A DNA stretch of 17,855 nt from Octopus sinensis (GCF_006345805.1 NW_021824712.1:1-17855), one strand, 5' to 3'. Shown: positions 1-8,859, numbered from the stretch's first letter. The notes: generated from the sequence alone by a model not told the origin. Numbers and translations are program-made.

Positions 1-148
1 TGATGGATATAGCAAGGCTCATTCTGTTGCTAGCTTTTGAGCCAAGGTTTAAAGATCAACACAGCTTAACGATTAATACGGCCTCTTAATCGTTGTGGTT
101 ATCCCTTGAGATCGACATGCATAGAGACAAACTCACACACATATGCAA

Positions 149-365
149 GGCGGCGAGCTGGCAGACTCGTTAGCATGCCGGGCGAAATGCGTAGCCGTAT
201 TTCGTCTGCTGTTACGTTCTGAGTTCAAATTCCGCTGAGGTCGACTTTGCCTTTCATCCTTTCGGGATCGATAAATTAAGTACCAGTTACGCCCTCGTGT
301 CGATGTAATCGACATAATCCGTTTGTCCCCTCTGTGTTTAGCCCATTGTGGGCAGTAGTGAAATA
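149..365 (+). mobile_element. tRNA-derived SINE, family A (type I 3' tail)
   Basis: Head GGCGGCGAGCTGGCAG with A-box-like TGGCAG..GTTAG and B-box-like GAGTTCAAAT. Body GTCGACTTTGCCTTTCATCCTTTCGGG is shared with about ten other copies in the window. Tail TTGTGGGCAGTAG..AAATA. Confidence 0.88.
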
Positions 366-464
366 CATATGTATAAATTCATACTTTTCTTTAACGTCTC
401 TTTTGCAGTTGTTTACACTCCTGATAACGTAATATTCTGTGGCATACGTAAAAGAATATATATA

Positions 465-795
465 TTGGGTAATCCGGAAAGTTCGTGCCGATTTATAGTA
501 GCTTAAATTTCGACCTATTTTAGAACGTGATTGAGTCCATAAAATAGGATTTGACTACACCTCCATTTAGAGCACAGTTTAAGCTATCTTTTCGTGGAAG
601 AATGTTTATGTTCCTATTTACCTGTGTTAATTCTGTAACCCTTTAAAATGGAAGGTAAGAAAGTTCATTTTCTGCACTTGATGCTTTGGGAACCAGACAA
701 AAATTGCTGCAGCTCGGCTGTGATGTGTTACCCCACCCTCCATATTCACCAGATATTGCTCCTTCGGATTTCCACTTATTCAGGTCTCTGCAGAA
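465..795 (+). mobile_element. 3'-truncated copy of a non-autonomous mariner (Tc1/mariner) element
   Basis: TA followed by TIR TTGGGTAATCCGGAAAGTTCGTGCCGATTT. Colinear with the complete copy at 6016-6572 up to CAGGTCTCTGCAGAA. Encodes the mariner remnant QKLLQLGCDVLPHPPYSPDIAPSDFHLFRSLQN. Confidence 0.9.
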
Positions 796-913
796 CAAAC
801 AGGTCGTGGTCTCAAAGCGACGAAAATATTTTGACAAATTAAATTTAAATGTTGAAGTGAATCTAACGGCTTTTGTGTGTTTCTTAAATGGCTTATAAAA
901 ACCTTCCACGCTG
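796..913 (-). mobile_element. Possible terminal fragment of another DNA transposon abutting the truncated mariner
   Basis: Homology to the mariner stops abruptly at 795. On the minus strand the block starts TA|CAGCGTGGAAGG, a TA-CAG terminus as in Tc1/pogo-type elements. No partner TIR was found. Confidence 0.3.
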
Positions 914-921
914 TAGTAGTA

Positions 922-964
<43 letters not shown>
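914..964. repeat. (TAG)n(TAA)n microsatellite
   Basis: Direct reading. It produces the poly-Tyr ORF 643..978. Confidence 0.97.
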
Positions 965-965
<1 letters not shown>

Positions 966-1089
966 GCCTCGGGACCACTCAAATCATAAATAAACACCAA
1001 CATCCAGGGTTTAAAGAGAAAGAAAAAAAAGAATATTTGGCCGGAACACTTTGGTGGATGATCCGCTCCATCGGGTCAACTTGGCACTT

Positions 1090-1212
1090 AACAACAACAA
1101 CAGCTGCAGTAACAGCAGCAACAACAACAATCACTACGCACCACCAGCGCTGTCTCCAACAGTACTAACGCTACCGTTTCCACCACCACCGCCCCGACCA
1201 CGACGACCACCA
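1090..1212. repeat. Degenerate trinucleotide repeat (CAA/CAG/CAC/CCA)
   Basis: ACAACAACAACAGC..CAGCAGCAACAACAAC..CCACCACCACCGCCCCGACCACGACGACCACCAC. Confidence 0.75.
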
Positions 1213-2028
1213 CTTAGCGGTATTTCGTCTGTCTTTATGCCCTGAGCTCAAATTCCGCCGAGGTCGACTTTGCCTTTCATCCTTTAGGTGTCGATAAATT
1301 AAGTGCCAGTTGCGTACTGGGGTCGATCTAATCGACTGGCCCCTCCCCCCTAAATTTCGGGCCTTGTGCCTAGAGAAGAAAAGAATGATATTATCAGCCG
1401 AATAAAAGCGGCGAGCTGGCAGAAACGTTAGCACGCCGGGCGAAATGCGTAGCCGTATTTCATCTGCTGTTACGTTCTGAGTTCAAATTCCGCCGAGGTC
1501 GACTTTACCTTTCATCCTTTCGGGGTCGATTAAATAAGTACCGGTTACGCAGCGGGATCGATATAAACGACTTAGTCTGTTTGTCTGTCCTTGTTTATCC
1601 CCTCTGTGTGTAGCCCCTTGTGGGTAGTAAAGAAATAGGTATTTCATCTGCCGCTACGTTCTAAGTTCAAATTCCGCCGAGGTCGACTTTGCCTTTCATC
1701 CTTTCGGGGTCGATTAAATAAGTACCAGTTACGCACTGGAGTCGATATAATCAACTTAATCCGTTTGTCTGCCCTTGTTTGTCCCCTCTGTGTGTAGCCC
1801 CTTGTGGGCAATAAAGAAATAAGAAACGCTAGCACGCCAGGCGAAATGTTTAGTGGTATTTCGTCTGTCTTTACGTTCTGAGTTCAAATTCCGCCGAGGT
1901 CGACTTTACCTGTCATCCTTTAGTGGTCGATAAATTAAGTACCAGTTGCGTACTAGGCTCGATCAAATCGACTGCCCCCCTCCTTCTGTCACAAAAAAAA
2001 CTTCGCGCCCTGTGCGTAGAATAGAAAA
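1213..2028 (+). mobile_element. Head-to-tail array of four family A SINE units in the intron upstream of the M1-M3 exon
   Basis: Units: 1213-~1385 (5'-truncated, type II tail ..GCCTTGTGCCTAGAG), 1408-1637 (full length, type I tail), 1638-1822 (5'-truncated, type I tail), 1823-~2028 (slightly 5'-truncated, type II tail). Each carries AAATTCCGCCGAGGTCGACTTT. Confidence 0.9.
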
Positions 2029-2096
2029 AAAACTTAAATAACTTTGTCTTGGATTTCTCAAAAATGTCCTCAAATACTTCTGTATTCTTTTCACAG

Positions 2097-2488
2097 AAAA
2101 TGAATTCACCTGTATTGTGGCCTTCATTTACCTGCAGAGACGTGTTGAGTTCTTTCTTCTGCAAGTATTTATCCCGAGTACGATGATAGTGTTCATATCA
2201 TGGGTATCGTTCTGGCTCCCGATCAACGCAGTTCCTGCTAGAATCGCCCTAGGCAGCACCACCGTATTAATCATGATAACTCAAAGACAGTCAACTGCTA
2301 TCTCGCTGCCCCCCGTCTCTTATGTCAAAGCCATCGATGTGTGGACTGTCACGTGCTTGGTTTTCGTGTTTGCCGCGCTTTTAGAATACGCCGTTGTCAG
2401 CACGTATTCCAGACACGAAACCAAGCGCTTCTCCATCAAAGTTATTCAGAACAACAGAAGCCTAAAACAAACATTCAACGTTAACCAA
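2097..2488 (+). CDS. Penultimate coding exon of a Cys-loop ligand-gated anion channel subunit (GlyR/GluCl/GABA-A-like): end of loop C, M1, M2, M3 and start of the M3-M4 loop. The gene is partial; upstream exons are not in the window.
   Basis: Translation NEFTCIVAFIYLQRRVEFFLLQVFIPSTMIVFISWVSFWLPINAVPARIALGSTTVLIMITQRQSTAISLPPVSYVKAIDVWTVTCLVFVFAALLEYAVV aligns without gaps through M1-M3 to GlyR alpha as I recall it (KFTCIE..YIPS..SWISFW..PARVGLGITTVLTMTTQ..SYVKAIDIW..ALLEYA). Acceptor: pyrimidine tract plus CACAG ending at 2096 (phase 1). Donor: GTAAGT at 2489 (phase 0). The track ORF 2117..2608 runs on into the intronic CT repeat. Confidence 0.96.
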
Positions 2489-2499
2489 GTAAGTACTTG

Positions 2500-2522
2500 C
2501 TCTCTCTCACTCTCACTCTGTC

Positions 2523-2578
<56 letters not shown>

Positions 2579-2703
2579 CTCTATTATATATATAATATAT
2601 ATATATAGTAAAGAAATGAAGAAAATGTTGACACTCTCCCTTACTTAAATTATTTTGTCAGCATTTTCTTCATTTCTTTTTTATATATCCACATCTCCTT
2701 TTT

Positions 2704-2753
<50 letters not shown>

Positions 2754-3175
2754 TCTCTATCTCTGTCTCTCTTCCTTCTCTCTTTTCTCTGTTTCTCTCT
2801 CTTTCTCTTCTATCTCTCCCATTACTTCACACACACATACACCTCCCTCTCTCTCTCTTCTCTCACTCTCCTTCTCACTTTCCGCCTCTCTCTGTTTCTC
2901 TGTTTCTCTTTCATTTTCTCTCCTCTCTCTCCCCTTCTATAACTTCACACACACGCACGCACGCATACACCTCTCTCTCTCTCTCTCTCTCTTTCTCCCT
3001 CTGTTTCTTTCTCTGTCTCTCTTTCTTTTCGTCTCCTCTCTCTCCTCCCATTACTTCACCCTCCCTCTCTCCTTTTCTCTCTTTCTCTCTCTCTTTTTCT
3101 CTCTCTTTCTCTCTGCCTTGTCTATCTGCCTGTCTTCTGTTCCTCTGTCTGTCTCTCTTTCTCTTATTGCTATCT
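2500..3175. repeat. Intronic compound (CT)n/(TA)n microsatellite and degenerate polypyrimidine tract
   Basis: (CT/GT)n ~2500-2582, (TA)n ~2583-2608 and 2707-2750, CT-rich ~2751-3175. Confidence 0.95.
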
Positions 3176-3632
3176 TTTATGAGCCACCGTTATCTCATGT
3201 ATACGATGACACGAATCTATAAGATCGATAGACATAAATATTAAAGACAGGTCTTGTCTTCGATTCTGTCTCATCTTTAAGGTGGCTTTCTTCTCGGCAC
3301 TCTTAAAGTACAAGATGTAACAAATCTAAAACATGTAGCATAGCTTTCAGAGATGTGATCTCCTAAAACTTCACATTCAATACAAAACTACGTGGAATTT
3401 TGCAACATCCAAAGAATCGAACGATTCGTTTGGTTAGAAATACATGTATTTAGTAATAGTTTGATTTAGCTGTGCATAGCTTAAAGTTTCGCAGGGGGCA
3501 TAGAACAGTTCATCTCGTTCGTTATTCAGCGGCCACTCTACCTCTTGACAACTGATGAGATGGACGTGTTCTACGCACACACGAAACTTTTCTGTTGTGT
3601 GAAGCTGAGTTAAGCTGTTATCATTTACTTGT

Positions 3633-4300
3633 ACACACAGGCACAAAAACGCACACACTCACACACGCTCACACACGCTCTCACACGCTCTCACTCGCAC
3701 ATACACACACACTCACACACAAAGGCACACACACACGCACACACAGAGAGGCACACACACGCACTCACTCACTCACATACACACATACAAAGGCACACAC
3801 ACTCACACACACACATGTACTCGTACACAGAGGTGCACACACACGTACAAACACATAGAGGCACACATACAGAGGCACACACAGAGAGGCACACACATAC
3901 ACAGAGGCACACACACACAGAGGCATACACACACAGGCGCGCACACAGAGGCACACACACATACACACAGGCACAGGCACACACATTCACACAAACACTC
4001 ACTCGCACACACTCACGCACACACGGACAGCCCCCCCCCCCACACACATACACACAAAAGCGCACAAACGCTCGCACGCACACATACACACAGAAGCACA
4101 CATACACACATACACACAGGCACACATACACACACTCACACACACATGTACATGTGCATGCGTACATATGTATATGTGTGTGTGTACTTATGTGTACTGT
4201 TGTGTGTGTGTGTGTGTGTGTACTTATATGTACTGTTGTGTGTGTGTGTGTGTGTGTGTGCGTGTGTGCGTGTGTGTGTACTGGGTGCGTGTATGTGCTA
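3633..4300. repeat. Intronic CA-rich cryptic minisatellite (recurrent ACAGAGGCACAC) followed by a TG-rich tract
   Basis: CA-rich ~3633-4147 and TG-rich ~4152-4300, switching at the palindrome CACATGTACATGTG (4143-4156). A short duplicated unit GTGTACTTAT(G/A)TGTACTGTTGTGTG lies in the TG part. Confidence 0.92.
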
Positions 4301-4353
4301 CGTGTAAATTATTAGCTTTAATACGACATGTGTTTTGCTTTTCTACGCCACAG

Positions 4354-4551
4354 GCTGAAAGCGTTGAGAACGGAGACATCAAAGCCGAATGCGACGAACA
4401 GACCGAGGCACAGATGCGTTCCAAAGCTAAACGAATGGATGTTATATCACGTATTACTTTTCCTCTCTGTTTTCTCCTTTTCAGTTTGGGTTACTGGTCA
4501 TGGTACCTGAGTAAAACTTTGTCATTTGAGATTCCCAATAAAAATTCGTAG
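4354..4551 (+). CDS. Terminal coding exon of the same channel: end of the M3-M4 loop, M4, short C-terminus and stop codon
   Basis: AESVENGDIKAECDEQTEAQMRSKAKRMDVISRITFPLCFLLFSLGYWSWYLSKTLSFEIPNKNS* contains the typical M4 signature (AKRxDxxSRxxFPxxFxxFxxxYW). Acceptor TTTTGCTTTTCTACGCCACAG ends at 4353 in phase 0, matching the 2489 donor. TAG at 4549-4551. Confidence 0.94.
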   Translation, partial: AESVENGDIKAECDEQTEAQMRSKAKRMDVISRITFPLCFLLFSLGYWSWYLSKTLSFEIPNKNS

Positions 4552-4880
4552 CAGACTTCGCTGCGCACACACAAACAAGTTTTGACATGTTGGGCTTTCT
4601 TAACTCATTTTTTCTTGCTGTGTTGATGTTTTAAAAAATAGATGGACATTTGATGGTTTCATCTGCGACCCTGCAAAGTGAATTGCATGAGTACTTCGCT
4701 ATTTATATGCACCATGATACGAAAAAAAAGGGTGATATAACAGAAACATTCGAAATACCAAGGAAAACAAATATAAAAAAATAACACTCGAATCATCAAA
4801 ATCAACATTAAAAATGGAATTTTAAAACAATAGGGAAATGAGTTTTAATTCCAATTTTATAACTACTGAAAGAATTAAAT

Positions 4881-5094
4881 CGGTGAGCTGGCAGAACCGG
4901 TAGAGTGTCAGGCAAAAATTCTTTACGACATTTTTTTCAGTTTATTAGGATCTGTGTTCAAATTCCGATAAGGTTGTCTTTCCCTTTCATTTTTTTTCCG
5001 AGATCGATATCATATCTACATTTGAACACTGTGGTTGATGTAATTGAGTTATCCCTTTCCTGAACATTCTAACCTTGTGCCAAATTTTGAAACC
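4881..5094 (+). mobile_element. Old diverged family A SINE
   Basis: CGGTGAGCTGGCAGAA head, TGTTCAAATTCC B-box-like element, CCTTTCAT body remnant and AACCTTGTGCC tail remnant. Confidence 0.7.
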
Positions 5095-6015
5095 ATAATT
5101 ACTACAGGAACTCATTTCCATAATGTTTTTAAATAAATAATTATTTTGTAATTATAATCAAAAAACATTTTGTAGAAAACGATTAAAAAGAGGTAGATAA
5201 AAGGCTAAAAGATCACTCTTAGAGGAGTAATATGATATGTAAATATAGCAAAGGCGAATATCAAGTTACGTGGATTATATGACATATAATTTCTTCGGGC
5301 ATAATTGTGTTCTTTGCTGTCAGAAGTTCAAAGGAGTATACAGACACATAATGCCTTCAAAGATGTGTAAGAATTCTAATGCTGTTATACAACAACCTGG
5401 CACAGAAACCACTGATGTACAAAGCTGTCGAAGTATCAACCCAAAATATGATCACTTTTCTTTGCAAAAGACTTACAAGAATACTTGATTCTTTGAAATC
5501 AATATTGAAAATGGGATTAAAAATTAGCCTCTGGAAATAAACGGTTGTAATAATTACAATAATAAACATGTCGCATTTATAATGAAAATATTCTTTTGTA
5601 CACAAGGACTAACATCATAATATTATTAAAGCGAAAACAATCGGTAGCATAGTGAAATGTGTATGAATTAATTCATTCAGTTTGTAAGCGCATGCTCAAT
5701 TATGCAAATTAGACTGATCAGCTTAGTTGAATCCTAGCCTGCATATATTATAAATACTTATAAACTTCGTATACCTCCATAGAAAGAAGACTACAAACTG
5801 ATCAGATCGATCCTATGTTTTTCTACTGACGGAGTGATAAATAGCCGTGATGAAAACACATAGCTAATGTCACACAGTGAATAAAAAATGATATACTTTG
5901 GCGAGCTGTTTAAAACACTATGATACAATTAGTAGATGAGCAAATTTGGCAGATGGAAAATATGTGAAAGTCTGTTATATGTGTGTGTATGATATATGAT
6001 ATATATCATGTTATA

Positions 6016-6572
6016 TTGGGTTGTCCGGAAAGTTTGTGCCGATTTATAGCAGCTTACGTTTCGACTTATTTTAGATTGTGGTTGAGTCCATAAAATAGGA
6101 TTTCACTACACCTCCATTTAGAATATAGTTTAAGCTATCTTTTCGTCGAAGAGGGTTTATGTTACTATAACCTGTATTAATTCTGTAACCCTTTAAAATG
6201 GAATATAAGAAAGTTCATTTTCGGAACTTGTTGCTTTGGGAACCAGACAAAAATTGCTGCAGCTTGGCTGGGATATGTTACCCCGCCCTACATATTCACC
6301 AGATATTGTTCCTTCGGATTTCCACTTATTCAGGTCTCTGCAGAATAGTCTTAATGGTAAAAATTTCAATTCCTTGGATGACGTAAAAGGATACCTTGAG
6401 GAATTCTTTGCCATGAAACCACCTCAATTCTGGTAAGAGGGCATTTTCAAGTTATGGGTACGCATTGTGCAACAAAATGGTTCATATTTGGTTGATTAAA
6501 AATGTAATGGCAAGTATTTATTGACCTTTTTCTTTCCTTTAAAAATCGGCCAGAACTTTCCGGGCAACCCAT
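6016..6572 (+). mobile_element. Complete non-autonomous (internally deleted) mariner element, 557 bp
   Basis: Left TIR TTGGGTTGTCCGGAAAGTTTGTGCCGATTT (6016-6045). Right TIR AAATCGGCCAGAACTTTCCGGGCAACCCA (to 6571). TA on both sides (6014-6015 and 6573-6574). Transposase remnants inside. Confidence 0.93.
6198..6436 (+). pseudogene. Mariner transposase remnant: ~15 N-terminal codons fused out of frame to the C-terminal catalytic region
   Basis: MEYKKVHFRNLLLW resembles mariner N-termini (MENQKEHFRHILL-type). A second frame gives QKLLQLGWDMLPRPTYSPDIVPSDFHLFRSLQNSLNGKNFNSLDDVKGYLEEFF, with the YSPDxxPSD motif around the third catalytic Asp. Confidence 0.88.
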
Positions 6573-6802
6573 TATATTATATTACATGTGTGTATGTGTT
6601 TGTGTGTGTGCATATTTCTGCGATTGTCCTCACACTGTTTGACAGCGGTATTGTTTTGTTTACGTTCCTATAACTTATGGCTAACGGCAAGAAGCTTCAG
6701 AAAGACATCCTGGCTACTTTTCATTTTTGTAACTGATCCCACCCAAGATAAAGTCCACACTATTAAGCAGAAGATATCAAGATGTCGGCATATCTTGATA
6801 TA

Positions 6803-6967
6803 GGCGTAGGAGTGGCTGTGTGGTAAGTAGTCTGCTTAACAACCACATGGTTCCGGGTTCAGTCCTATTGCGTGGCACCTTGGGCAAGTATCTTCTACTA
6901 TAGCCTCGGGCCGACCAAAGCCTTGTGAGTGGATTTGGTAGGCGGAAACTGAAAGAAGCCCGTCGTA

Positions 6968-7035
<68 letters not shown>

Positions 7036-7128
7036 CATACATATATATATATGTATATGTATATATATGTATGCATGTGTGTGTACATGTTTATTTGTCT
7101 GTGTCCCCCCCCCCATCGCTTGACAACC
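6803..7128 (+). mobile_element. tRNA-derived SINE, family B (CORE-like block, internal TA/TG microsatellite), 3'-truncated
   Basis: GGCGTAGGAGTGGCTGTGTGGTAAG A-box region, GGTTCAGTCC B-box-like element, ACCTTGGGCAAGT CORE-like motif and (TA)n ~6966-7070. Near-identical to 11708-12212 up to GCTTGACAACC. Confidence 0.88.
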
Positions 7129-7462
7129 TTTCAAGAAAATTCCTCAAGGCGACGCCAAACAAAAGAAAGAAAATATTTTAAAAAAAATATAAAAGAAACA
7201 AGGGAGCAAACTTATGAGAATTCGAAAGAAAATTCATTAAGAGTTATTCCCCTTGCATTTGCAAGACGGATTTTGTGAGAAAGTAAGTACTAAAGTGACG
7301 TTCAGATGTCGGTGGTGCAGGGTTGATATGTTTATAAGGGAAGGAAGGGAGGAAGGCAAGTGTGAACGTTCATTCTTAAACCCAGGTGTTTATATTTATG
7401 TGTGTTTTTGCTTGTAAGAGCTTGGTAGATGCAGCTGGGATAATTTTAGTTGTAAATCCGAG

Positions 7463-8125
7463 GAAGGTGCATGGCTAAGTAGTTAGAACATCAGGCTCAC
7501 AATCACGAGGTGGTGAGTTCGATTCCTGGATCGGGCTGTGTTGTGTTCTTAAGCAAGACTCTTTATTTTCACGTTGCTCCAGTTCACTCGGCTGTAGAAA
7601 TGAGCTGTGATGTCAGTGGTGCCAAGCTATATCGATATAGCATGGTGCTACATAGCTTGCTTCCAAGCTATATCGATATAGCCTGGTGCCAAGTCATATC
7701 GGCCTTGCCTAGGTAGCATATAGAGGGCTGGCTGGTATGCATGGGTTACCATAAGGCGGTGAGCTGGCAGAAAAGTTAGCTCGCCGGGTGAAATGCGTAG
7801 CCGTATTTCATCTGCCGTTACGTTCTGAGTTCAAATTCCGCCGAGGTCGACTTTGCCTTTCATCCTTTCGGGGTCGATTAAATAAGTACCAGTTACGCAC
7901 TGGGGTCGATATAATCGACTTAATCCGTTTGTCTGTCCTTGTTTGTCCTCTCTGTGTTTAGCCCCTTGTGGGTAGTAAAGAAATAGGTATGCATGGGCGA
8001 CCGCTGGTCTTCCACAATACAACTTTGCCTGAACTTGTGCCTCAGAGGTAAACGTTCTAGGGGCAATCCCATCGTCATTCTAGGTGAAATCCCATGGTCA
8101 CTCTAGGAGCATACAATTCCATTGA
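7463..8125 (+). mobile_element. tRNA-derived SINE, family C (CORE-like), interrupted by a family A SINE and carrying local duplications
   Basis: A-box TGGCTAAGTAG (7472-7482), B-box GAGTTCGATTCC (7515-7526), then TTGTGTTCTTAAGCAAGACTCTTTATTTTCACGTTGCTCCAG shared with the 12812-13146 copy. The body resumes after the inserted SINE at 7986. Confidence 0.78.
7755..7985 (+). mobile_element. Full-length family A SINE nested in the family C SINE
   Basis: Complete head to type I tail. Flanked by GGTATGCATGGG(TT)ACC at 7734-7750 and GGTATGCATGGG(CG)ACC at 7986-8002, a TSD-like pair. Confidence 0.9.
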
Positions 8126-8389
8126 GGTGGAAGAGTATATAATATGTATTTGATCGGCTTTCAATGGTTATGAAGAATCTACTACCAGAGATATCATCTG
8201 TAGGTCGCAAGATGCAGGCACCCATTACAAACCGAGCGAGCGTGTAAGTCAGAAAAAATAAGCGCTCGTATGATTGTCAGTATATATGTGAGTCGTTATG
8301 TGTGAAGATGAGTTACTAGTTGCGCTCCTAGTTGCGTGTCAGGTGGTCTTTCTAACGGTAAGGAACATAGGACCCAAGGTGCTTGAAAT

Positions 8390-8830
<441 letters not shown>

Positions 8831-8859
8831 GTATATATACATGCATATATGGGTACAAG

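Noticed and set aside
68-95. 9-bp inverted repeat AACGATTAA/TTAATCGTT, and similar short hairpins at ~3240 and ~3415
   Set aside because: Too short to exceed chance in AT-rich DNA; bacterial-style terminators are not relevant here.
1051-1245. Asn/Pro-rich 64-aa ORF as a possible upstream exon of the channel
   Set aside because: Made of degenerate trinucleotide repeats running into a SINE, with no Cys-loop extracellular-domain similarity.
1213-2028. CRISPR-like appearance of repeated blocks
   Set aside because: The units are ~180-230 bp SINE copies without unique spacers, in a eukaryotic context with no cas genes.
2489-2608. C-terminal extension of ORF 2117..2608 (VSTCSLSLSL...)
   Set aside because: Read-through past the GTAAGT donor into CT/TA microsatellite; the true frame continues at 4354.
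3547-3610. Type I hammerhead candidate (GACAA-CTGATGA-G...C-GAAAC)
   Set aside because: Stem II is poorly paired and no valid NUH cleavage triplet follows stem III. It shares GACAACTGATGA with the 8.99-kb motif, so it is at most a decayed repeat fragment.
4168-4353. N-terminal part of ORF 4168..4551 (MYMCVC...)
   Set aside because: TG microsatellite and polypyrimidine tract of the intron.
5270-5488. 72-aa ORF MDYMTYNFFGHNCVLCC...
   Set aside because: No recognisable motif, GTG start and no convincing splice context; probably 3' UTR or intergenic.
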